Source: an uncultured Gemmatimonadales bacterium
GTDB taxonomy: Bacteria; Gemmatimonadota; Gemmatimonadetes; Palauibacterales; Palauibacteraceae
Direction: 5' to 3'
Assembly: GCA_963783385.1 (NCBI GenBank)
Contig: CAWANJ010000002.1
Coordinates: 256,001-320,000 of the forward strand
Length of the DNA stretch: 64,000 nucleotides
In this document: piece after piece, positions 29,513-37,399 of the stretch
Numbering within the stretch: the first letter of the stretch is position 1
Layout: the number at the start of each line of letters is the position of its first letter
Translations under genes and position numbers: made by a program
The notes under the pieces: generated by a model
Database searches by the model: none
What the model was told of the DNA's origin: nothing
The model's input: only the letters and a program-made list of their open reading frames with translations

Positions 29513-31024
29513 ATGCGTGGACATTCGACGTTCCTGGCCGGTGCCCTGTTCCTGGTCCTGTCCGCGGGACCGCTACGCGCCCAGGACGGGCACAAGAACC
29601 CCCACGGACCGCTGCCCGAGGGGCTCGACTGCGCGGACTGCCACGCGGCCAGCGGGTGGAAGCCCGCGCACGTCCCGGCGGACTTCGATCACCGGAGGTG
29701 GTCCGGCTTCGCCCTGGACGGTCGGCACGCCACGGCGTCCTGCGGCGCCTGCCATCTGGATCTCCGGTTCAATGCGCCGAAGATCGCCGAGGACGACTGC
29801 GCGTCCTGCCACGCCGACTTCCACCGCGGCCAGTTCGCCGAGCCGTGCGCGACCTGCCACGGCATGACCTCGTTCGCGCAGGTGCCCGCGGTCCGGATCC
29901 ACGCCCGCTCGGGCTTCCCGCTCACCGGAGCGCACCTGCAGATCAGCTGCCAGAGCTGTCACTTCGACTCCCGGGCGGGAAGCTACCGGAACCTGGACCG
30001 CCAGTGCGTCGCCTGTCACCGACGTGACTTCGAGACGGTCAAGTCCATCGACCACGAGGCCCGCGGCTTCTCGACGGAGTGCCTCCAGTGCCACGACACG
30101 CGCGCGTGGGCGGACGCGCCGAAATTCGACCACGCTCTCACCGGGTTCGCGCTGGTCGGGGCGCACGTCCAGCTCCGCTGCTCGAGCTGTCACGTCCAGC
30201 CGGGCAACGCGCTCAGGTTCACGCCGAGCGGTCCCAACGATTGCATCGCGTGCCACCAGGCGGACTACCAGCGGGCCCACGGGGGCGGCGGCTTCCCGAC
30301 CACCTGCCTGGACTGCCACTCCGTGGATTCGTTCCACGGGGCCAGCTTCGACCACGCGTCGGTGGGATTCCCGCTGGTGGGAGCCCACCAGAACGCCGCC
30401 TGCTCGGGCTGCCACATCCAGCCGGGCAACGCCCTCAAGTTCAACCCGAGCGGTCCCAACGACTGCGTCGCGTGCCACCAGGCCGACTTCACGCAGGCCC
30501 ACGGCGGCAGCGGCTTCCCGACCACCTGCCTGGACTGTCACGACCAGAACTCTTGGCAGGGCGCAGACTTCGACCATTCATCGACCGGCTTCCCACTGGT
30601 GGGAGCCCACCAGAGCCTCCAGTGCTCGGGCTGTCACATCCAGCCGGGCAACGCCCTCAAGTTCAACCCGAGCGGTCCCAACGACTGCATCGCGTGCCAC
30701 CAGGCGGACTTCACGCAGGCCCACGGTGGGAGCGGCTTCCCGACCACGTGCCTGGACTGTCACGACCAGAACTCGTTCCAGAACGCGGACTTCGACCACG
30801 ACGCGCAGTTCTTCCCCATCTACTCGGGGTCGCACCAGGGACGGTGGACCGCCTGCACGGACTGTCACCTGTCCGCGCCGGCCGACTTCGCGAGCTTCAG
30901 CTGCACGTCGGGCGGCTGCCACGGGAGGTCCGATACCGACTCCCGGCATGGCGACGTCCGGAACTACGTGTACGACAGCCAGGCGTGCTACTCGTGCCAT
31001 CCGCGCGGACGGGGCGGCGACTGA
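29513..31024 (+). CDS. Secreted multiheme cytochrome c, 18 CxxCH + 1 CX4CH; repeat-expanded paralog of 25111-26181
   Basis: Signal peptide ending LRA-Q. Colinear with the 13-heme gene, plus two extra 74-aa modules. Confidence 0.93.
   Translation: MRGHSTFLAGALFLVLSAGPLRAQDGHKNPHGPLPEGLDCADCHAASGWKPAHVPADFDHRRWSGFALDGRHATASCGACHLDLRFNAPKIAEDDCASCHADFHRGQFAEPCATCHGMTSFAQVPAVRIHARSGFPLTGAHLQISCQSCHFDSRAGSYRNLDRQCVACHRRDFETVKSIDHEARGFSTECLQCHDTRAWADAPKFDHALTGFALVGAHVQLRCSSCHVQPGNALRFTPSGPNDCIACHQADYQRAHGGGGFPTTCLDCHSVDSFHGASFDHASVGFPLVGAHQNAACSGCHIQPGNALKFNPSGPNDCVACHQADFTQAHGGSGFPTTCLDCHDQNSWQGADFDHSSTGFPLVGAHQSLQCSGCHIQPGNALKFNPSGPNDCIACHQADFTQAHGGSGFPTTCLDCHDQNSFQNADFDHDAQFFPIYSGSHQGRWTACTDCHLSAPADFASFSCTSGGCHGRSDTDSRHGDVRNYVYDSQACYSCHPRGRGGD
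30125..30790 (+). repeat. Three tandem 222-bp intragenic repeats, each encoding a 74-aa three-heme module
   Basis: TTCGACCA (FDH) recurs at 30125, 30347, 30569 and 30791, an exact 222-bp period. Copies 2 and 3 are nearly identical over their 3' two-thirds. The paralog has a single copy at 25726-25947. Confidence 0.92.
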
Positions 31025-31197
31025 TCGGGCGGGAGCCGGGCGGACGGATCGAGGGCCCCGGCCCGGGGGGACGTGGCTCGCGCTCGTCGCTCCCCGGTCT
31101 CAATGCAACCCGGATGGCCCCGGACTCGTAGGGTGGAGGGACGGTCCCCGGGGAGAGGCCCCGCGGACCACGACCCCCGACCTGGTGGGAGTCCGCC

Positions 31198-31413
31198 ATG
31201 AGCGACCAGCGCAATCCTGGCACGGCCGCCGTCCTGAGCGCCCTCATCCCCGGCGTGGGGCAGATCTACAACGGCACGTTCCTCCGGGGGATCTTCTGGC
31301 TCATCGTCACGCCGGGTCTGTGGATCGGCTCGGGCGGGACACTGGGTTGGATCTGCCACGTGATCGCCGCGGTGACGGCCCATCACTATGCTTCGGAGCA
31401 CCGGTACCGGTGA
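31198..31413 (+). CDS. Small membrane protein (TM2/DUF5683-like, NPGxAAVLSxxIPGxGQIYNG)
   Basis: 71 aa with the recognisable LS..IPGVGQIYNG motif, hydrophobic segments and SD GGGAG. Confidence 0.75.
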   Translation: MSDQRNPGTAAVLSALIPGVGQIYNGTFLRGIFWLIVTPGLWIGSGGTLGWICHVIAAVTAHHYASEHRYR

Positions 31414-31529
31414 GATCCGGGGCCGCGTGAGCGGCCGTCCGCGCGGCCGTCGAGGGGGCTTCGGCGCCGCCAATGCCGGGGGGCGGAGTCGCCGCCCCCC
31501 GCGTGCGCCCATCCCGTAGAGGAGGCAGC

Positions 31530-31598
31530 ATGAGGAAGCTCGCCCTGGTCATCCTGCTCGAGCTGGGCCGGAGGTTGTTCAAGCTGCGGCGTTGCTGA
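31530..31598 (+). CDS. Candidate 22-aa small protein MRKLALVILLELGRRLFKLRRC
   Basis: Strong SD AGAGGAGG just before ATG and mostly G/C-ending codons. Below the ORF-track length cutoff. Confidence 0.35.
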   Translation: MRKLALVILLELGRRLFKLRRC

Positions 31599-31605
31599 AG
31601 GCCGG

Positions 31606-33864
31606 TCAGCCTCCGGAGCGCGCGGAGGCGCTCCGCGGCGACCCGCCCCCCGCCAGGGAGTGGGTCCACAGCATGAGGACGCCGCAGCCGCCGATGCCCG
31701 AGCCGCCGTACTGCGGCGGCACGGTGGAGGTCTCGTGCACCTCCACGCCCTCCGTGGCCTCGGGCGGCACGCTGACCATGATGTCGACGAAGGCGTCCTT
31801 GGACACGCGGTGGCCGTCGACGTAGAAGGTGGGCGAGCAGCTAGGTCCGCCGAGTGGCAGGCCCTGCTGGCCCGCGGCCCGCCCCAGGCTCACGGTGTAG
31901 CACCCGACCACCACGAGGCCCGTGTGCCCCTGGCGACAAAGGGTGATGTGCACCTGGGGCATGCGCTCCAGCGCTCCCCGCAGCCCGTAGCGCTCGATCG
32001 TCGCTCGGTCCGCGAAGTGACCCCCCGCCGCCCGCTCCATGCGCTCGTAGAAGCCCTTCACCTGGGCGTTGCGTATGGAGCGCTCCACCTGGACCGAGAG
32101 CTCGCGGAGCGGGATGGCCTGCGTGGTCAGCCGGAAGTCGGCCACGGTCAGGGCGCTCCGCTGCAGCGACAGCCGGGCCGTGTCGGAGGCATAGCCCAGG
32201 TAGCGGGCCGTGACCCGCGCGGCACCCCCGGGGAGCCCATCGAGCCGGAAGTGGCCCGAGGCGCTGGTGGTGGCGCTCCTGTCCGTGCCCACGACCTGGA
32301 GGACGGCGCCCTCGAGAGGCTTCCCGGAGGCGGCGGCGCGCACCGTGCCTATCAGCGTCCCGCCGCCCGAGGAGGAGCTGGCCGACGCGCCCGCCGAGTC
32401 CCGGATACTCACCCCGGCCGCGGCCCGGAGGCGGCCCACCAGGGCCTCGGTCGCCTGGCCGGTCGGGGCTGCGCCGCGCGCGGGCTCGCCGACCAGCTCG
32501 ATCACCTGGACGCCGTCGGCCGCCACCTCCACCGTGGCCGTCGCGCCCGCCGTGTCGGCGCCGACGCTGTCCGCGACCACGCGGTACCGCCCCGGCGTGA
32601 CGCCCGGGAACAGGAACCGGCCCCGCGCGTTCGTCCGCGTGGCCAGCTCCGTGCCCTCGATGCGCACCCTCGCGTGTGACACCGGCTGCCCGCCGGCGCT
32701 GTCCACAACCGTGCCCCCGATCTGGCCCTGGTGCGGCGCCACGGCGACGTGTTCGGACGTCTGCGCCCGGACGAGCTCGCCACCGAACTCCTGCCAGGTG
32801 CCGACCTCGAACTCCACCTTCGTCTTGTAGAGGAGATCCGGGCTCGGGGAGCGGCCCGCCAGCTCGCGTCGCTCGACGACCGAGGGGAGCCGGATCCACC
32901 AGCGATCCACCACCCATTCGCCGCCCGGCAGCGCCCGGTAGTCCAGCCGGCCGTGGGCGAGAGAGTCGGGGTAGGGCTCGCCGAGGTGCACGTAGCGGAA
33001 GGTCAGGGAGCGGAGGTGCGCGGTGGCGGTGTCCACCCACAGCGTGCCCTCGACCTCGGGAACCCGGCGATTCAGGGTCGGGGAGAAGGCCAGCCCGACC
33101 TGTCCCGGGGCCGAGTCGGGGCCCGGGACGAGCCGGAAGCAGTGGGTCGCGCCGAACGCGTCCGAGAGGAGCGCTGGGGCATCGGGGGCGTGGACGTCGA
33201 GACCGCCCCCCGGCACGGACGACGCGAACCCGCGTTGCACCAGGGTGTCGAGCGGCACGCTGCGGTAGGTGGCGCGGCCCACCTTCGAGCCCAATGTCGC
33301 AGCTTCCTTCACCACGCGCAGGTCCCGGTCCAGGAACCGATCGTAGCGCCGGAGCTGGAAGCGGTCGCCCTCCTGTTCCTCCGTCCGCCGCGTGCGCTCC
33401 AGCGCCTTGCGCACCTCGGACCACAGCGCCGCCAGCGCCGGCCCCTCCTCGGATCGGATCCGGCACTCGCCCCGGGAGCTCCCCTCCACGCGGATGGCGC
33501 CCAGCTCCACCGGCCGGACGGGCACCCGGAACACGCGGCGCAGAATGCCCGTCGACGGCACACCCACCGGCCGGGAGCGCCACGTCTCGAAGCCGATCCG
33601 CTCGACCTCGATCCGGTAGCGTCCCGGTGTCACCGAGTCCAGCTGGAATCCGCCATCGGGCCCGGAGAGAGTCCAGGCGCGCTCGACTTCGCCGGTGTCG
33701 ATGAGGCGGACCATCGCGCCCGAGATGGGCGCGCCGCCGCCGGCCTCGACGAGCTTTCCGACGACCCCCTGCGCGCGGGCGGGCACGGGCAGGGTGAGAC
33801 CCAGGAGCAGCGCGATGAACGCGAGCCCGGGACGAGGCGGACGCGCGCCGCGTGAATCCGACAT
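31606..33864 (-). CDS. Secreted protein with three carboxypeptidase-regulatory-like (transthyretin-fold) domains and a C-terminal TonB-plug-like segment
   Basis: Signal peptide ARA-Q. Three G.V.D...G.P+.GA.V...G.F.L..+.PG.Y repeats. Ends C.PTFYVDG...EGVEV......PPQYGG....CGVLMLWT. Confidence 0.75.
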   Translation of the reverse strand: MSDSRGARPPRPGLAFIALLLGLTLPVPARAQGVVGKLVEAGGGAPISGAMVRLIDTGEVERAWTLSGPDGGFQLDSVTPGRYRIEVERIGFETWRSRPVGVPSTGILRRVFRVPVRPVELGAIRVEGSSRGECRIRSEEGPALAALWSEVRKALERTRRTEEQEGDRFQLRRYDRFLDRDLRVVKEAATLGSKVGRATYRSVPLDTLVQRGFASSVPGGGLDVHAPDAPALLSDAFGATHCFRLVPGPDSAPGQVGLAFSPTLNRRVPEVEGTLWVDTATAHLRSLTFRYVHLGEPYPDSLAHGRLDYRALPGGEWVVDRWWIRLPSVVERRELAGRSPSPDLLYKTKVEFEVGTWQEFGGELVRAQTSEHVAVAPHQGQIGGTVVDSAGGQPVSHARVRIEGTELATRTNARGRFLFPGVTPGRYRVVADSVGADTAGATATVEVAADGVQVIELVGEPARGAAPTGQATEALVGRLRAAAGVSIRDSAGASASSSSGGGTLIGTVRAAASGKPLEGAVLQVVGTDRSATTSASGHFRLDGLPGGAARVTARYLGYASDTARLSLQRSALTVADFRLTTQAIPLRELSVQVERSIRNAQVKGFYERMERAAGGHFADRATIERYGLRGALERMPQVHITLCRQGHTGLVVVGCYTVSLGRAAGQQGLPLGGPSCSPTFYVDGHRVSKDAFVDIMVSVPPEATEGVEVHETSTVPPQYGGSGIGGCGVLMLWTHSLAGGGSPRSASARSGG

Positions 33865-34031
33865 TGGATGAGGTCCTTGAAGCAGGGGCACCGGGCCACC
33901 CGTGCGAGGGTGCCCATCCCGCGCAGCTCAAACTGGAGACGTCCGGTCCCGACGGCCAGTCTCGAGCCATTGACGGGGCCGACGCGACCCCCGACCCTGA
34001 GAGAGGTGGGGACCGATAGCGAGGAGGGGAC

Positions 34032-34574
34032 ATGAGGTCCGCAGCCGGGGTGAAGATCCGGCCGGCCGCGCCGGTCGATGCCGGAGAGCTGGCCCGACTC
34101 CGTTTCGCCTTCCGTGCCGCGATCGACCCGGCATCCGAGGACCCGGACGCGTTCCGGGGACGGTGCGAGGCGTGGATGGCCGAGAGGCTCGGCGACTCGT
34201 CGACGGGCTGGAGGGCCTGGGTCGCGGAGGTCGGACCCGGCGCCGGCCCGGGGGCGGAGGCGTCCCCCGCCCGCCTGGTGGGCCACGTGTGGGTCCGGCG
34301 GCTCGAGAAGATCCCGAATCCCGTGGGCGAGGTCGAGGCGCACGCCTACTTGACCAACATGTACGTGGAGCCCGAGCACCGCGGCGCCGGGCTCGGCGCG
34401 AGGCTCCTGTCCGCCGCCCTCGCCTGGTGCCGCGAGCAGCGGGTGGGCTCGGTCGTGCTGTGGCCCACCGAGCGCAGCCGGCCGCTGTATGGCCGCGCCG
34501 GCTTCCGCGACACCGGGGATGTCCTCGAGCTGCCGCTGAACCCCGCGCACTGCGGCCGGGCCGGGGTGCCGTGA
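34032..34574 (+). CDS. GNAT family N-acetyltransferase
   Basis: Acetyl-CoA motif TNMYVEPEHRGAGLG and LYGRAGF. SD GAGGAGG. Confidence 0.88.
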   Translation: MRSAAGVKIRPAAPVDAGELARLRFAFRAAIDPASEDPDAFRGRCEAWMAERLGDSSTGWRAWVAEVGPGAGPGAEASPARLVGHVWVRRLEKIPNPVGEVEAHAYLTNMYVEPEHRGAGLGARLLSAALAWCREQRVGSVVLWPTERSRPLYGRAGFRDTGDVLELPLNPAHCGRAGVP

Positions 34575-34663
34575 GCGGTCGGGGGAGCGCCGGAGCCGGC
34601 CGCGGTCGAGGGATGCACGGCGGCATGATGGGCGTCCGCGCGCCGAGCGCGGCGGAGGACTGA

Positions 34664-35910
34664 GTGGGAGCAGGCTCGTTGCCGGCCACCTCGAGAAGCC
34701 ACGACCGACGCTGGGCCCGGATCGGGATCGTGGTCCAGTTCCTGGCGCTGCTGCGGATCCTGGCCCAGTACCTGTGGCTCGAGGCTCACGGCGGAGGCGC
34801 GTTCACGGCGGCGGCCGGTCATCCGTGGGTGGTCGGAGCCCTCCTCACCTCGACGCTCGCCCTCGTGGCCGTGCTGCTCTACTTCGACGGCCGTTTCCGG
34901 GGCGCCGCGGTGGTGGCCGGTCTCACGGTGGTGATCCTGCTCGTGTATCGGTTCGCCGTGCCCGGCATCGCTTCCGCCGAAACGCTCCGGAGCGGAGCGT
35001 CGCCACGCGCGTCGGCCCTGGCCGACACGGCTCGAGGGATACGGAGCGTGGCCCTCACATTCGACGATCTGCCGTGGGCGGACGCGGAGGTGCCGCTGGA
35101 CAGCGTGGCCGAGTCGCACGCGCCGCTGCTCGCCGTCCTCCGGGCCATGGCGCCCCCGCCGTGGCGTTCGTGATCGGACGCCGCGCGCTGGCCGGCCGCT
35201 AGGCGGATCGGCGACTGGACCTCCTGCGGGCCTGGCGCGACGCGGGCGTGGAGCTCGGGAACCATACCTGGTCCCATCTCTCCTTCCAGAAGACGCCGCT
35301 GAACCGCTACGAGGACGACGTGCTGCGGGGTGACGTCATCCCGCGGCTGCTGATGCGGGAGGTGGGGAAGGAGCCGCGCTACTTCCGGCCGCCCTTCAAC
35401 CAGACGGGCCCGACGCGGGAGGCCCGGGACGCGTTCGCGGCCTTCCTGGCCGAGCGCGGCTACGCGCTGGCGCCATTCACGGTCGAGGACGTGGACTACG
35501 CGTTCGACGACCTGTACAGGGCCGCCGCCGGCGACACGGCGCGCCAGGCACGCATCGGGCGGACGTACATCGCCCACTTCGACACGGCCATGGCGTTCGG
35601 GGAGCGGCTCTCGCGGGAGACGTTCCACCGCGACATTCCTCAGGTTCTGCTGCTGCACGCCGACGACCTCAACGCCCTCTATCTCGAACGGTTCCTCGAT
35701 CACCTCGAGGCGCGCGGCTACCGGTTCATCTCCATGGCGGCCGCGCTCTCGGACCCGGCCTACGCGACGACCGACGGCTACGTGGGGCGGTACGGCATCT
35801 CGTGGCTCCATCGATGGAGACAGGGGCTCGGCCTTCCGAGTCGGCTGCGACTGGAGCCCGATCCGCCCGCCTGGGTCCTGCACGACTACCAGGCGTTGCA
35901 CCGGAAGTAG
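34664..35910 (+). pseudogene. Membrane-anchored polysaccharide deacetylase (CE4/NodB), interrupted by a frameshift near 35145 and an in-frame TAG at 35200-35202
   Basis: Motif 1 ALTFDD is in ORF 34664-35173. HGAPAVAFVIG...TAG...ELGNHTWSH, RYFRPPF and LLLH are in the other frame. Could be a real pseudogene or sequence error. Confidence 0.75.
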
Positions 35911-35956
35911 CGAGGTGTCGGGCCATCGACGACCGGGGCCGCATCGCGGGCTCACG

Positions 35957-35986
35957 TTGACAAAAATCCAGGTGAACCGGTAGGAT
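35957..35986 (+). promoter_or_regulatory. Sigma70-type promoter for the DUF4242 gene
   Basis: TTGACA-18 nt-TAGGAT in an AT-richer intergenic patch, about 75 nt before ATG 36063. Confidence 0.55.
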
Positions 35987-36062
35987 CCGGTCCTCTTTCG
36001 GCCGCCCCTCCGGGTACTCCGGCAGGGACTGCGGCCGCCCAACACATGTACGGGAGGCCATC

Positions 36063-36338
36063 ATGCCGCGGTTCATCATCGAGCGTGAGATTCCGGGCGC
36101 CGGGAAGCTGTCCCCGGAGGAGCTCCAGGGCATCTCCCAGACCTCGTGCAACGTCCTGCGATCCATGGGTCCGGAGATCCAGTGGGTCCAGAGCTACGTG
36201 ACCGGAGACAAGATCTACTGCGTCTACCTCTCACCGGACGAGGAGACGATTCGCGAGCACGCGCGGCAGGGAGGATTTCCCGCCAACCGCGTGTCCAGGG
36301 TCAGCACCATCATCGATCCGACGACCGCGGAGGGCTGA
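36063..36338 (+). CDS. DUF4242 domain protein
   Basis: MPRFIIEREIPGAG...IQWVQSYVTGDKIYCVY...IREHA..GGFPANR. SD GGAGG. Confidence 0.85.
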   Translation: MPRFIIEREIPGAGKLSPEELQGISQTSCNVLRSMGPEIQWVQSYVTGDKIYCVYLSPDEETIREHARQGGFPANRVSRVSTIIDPTTAEG

Positions 36339-36362
36339 GGCCGGGGAGGGCGGCGGCCGGCC

Positions 36363-37085
36363 TCAGCGGGAGGAGGGCTCCGGGTCCGTCTTCCACGGCG
36401 CCGGCCGGTCCCGCCAGAGATCGGGGAAGTCGCGGCGCAGCGCCCCGACCTTGGGAAGGTCGTTGAACGCGATGTAGGGCTGGTCGGGGTGGTGCAGCAG
36501 GTAATCCTGGTGGTACGTCTCGGCCGGATAGAAGCCGGGAAGCGGCTGGACCTCGGTCACGATGGGGCGGAGGAAGGCGTGGGCCCGGGTGAGCTGCGCG
36601 ATGTAGGCTCGGGCCTCGGTCGCCTGCCGGTCGCCGGTCGTCCAGATGGCCGAGCGGTACTGGGGCCCCACGTCGGGGCCCTGCCGGTTCTTCTCGGTGG
36701 GATCGTGCACGACCGAGAAGAACAGCCGCAGGAGGGTCCCGAAGGAGACCCGTGACGGGTCGTAGATGACCCGCACCGACTCCGCCTGCTTCGTGCGCCC
36801 CGTGCTGGTCTGGGCATAGGTGGCCGTGGCGGCCGTGCCACCCGCGTAGCCCGCCGTCGCCACCTCGACCCCCTTCACGCGCTGGTAGACGGCCTGGACG
36901 CCCCAGAAGCAGCCGCCGGAGAACACGACCGTGTCCGGCCCGGTGGCGGTGACGGCGGCCGTGTCGACCGGCGCCGGAAGGGACGGGGGCGCCGCGCTCT
37001 CCCCGGCCGCGCGCGAGCCCCACACGGCCGAGGCAGCGATCGCGGCCGCGAGAATCGTGGCTCCGCTCCACGGCATTCGCTTCAT
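36363..37085 (-). CDS. msrA: Peptide methionine sulfoxide reductase MsrA, exported, single Cys
   Basis: Motifs GGCFWG, GYAGG, HDPT..NRQGPD.G.QYRSAI and AETYHQDY. N-terminal signal peptide. Confidence 0.93.
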   Translation of the reverse strand: MKRMPWSGATILAAAIAASAVWGSRAAGESAAPPSLPAPVDTAAVTATGPDTVVFSGGCFWGVQAVYQRVKGVEVATAGYAGGTAATATYAQTSTGRTKQAESVRVIYDPSRVSFGTLLRLFFSVVHDPTEKNRQGPDVGPQYRSAIWTTGDRQATEARAYIAQLTRAHAFLRPIVTEVQPLPGFYPAETYHQDYLLHHPDQPYIAFNDLPKVGALRRDFPDLWRDRPAPWKTDPEPSSR

Positions 37086-37399
37086 CCCTGGCGTCTCCTT
37101 TCAGCCACGTCACGGGTGCCCGGAACCACCGGGCGGTCCTCGCACCCGGACGCCTGCGTGTCTCCCGTTGGTTATCCTTCCTACACTCCTGCAAGGGGCG
37201 CGCTCCGCTTCCGGTTCCCTCGTCGACTACCAGCTGGAATGCGGTGCGTCGAGGCCAGGCGGAGCTATGGGACGTGAAGGAGTCGAACGGACGCTTGTGC
37301 CGTTCGGATCTCGCGTGTAGTGTCGGCCGCGGGCCCGATCGGAGGTCGGTCGCGGTCCACGAGTGGCCTCGTGACTCTTCTCCTGGCAGGAGTGATCGC

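Noticed and set aside
30125-30790. Regular repeats as a possible CRISPR array
   Set aside because: The period is 222 bp, the repeats are in-frame and protein-coding, there are no unique spacers, and no cas genes are present.
35200-35202. Pyrrolysine or stop-codon reassignment at the in-frame TAG
   Set aside because: TAG ends conserved genes here (ftsA, asnS, gltA), no pyl genes are seen, and a frameshift lies next to it.
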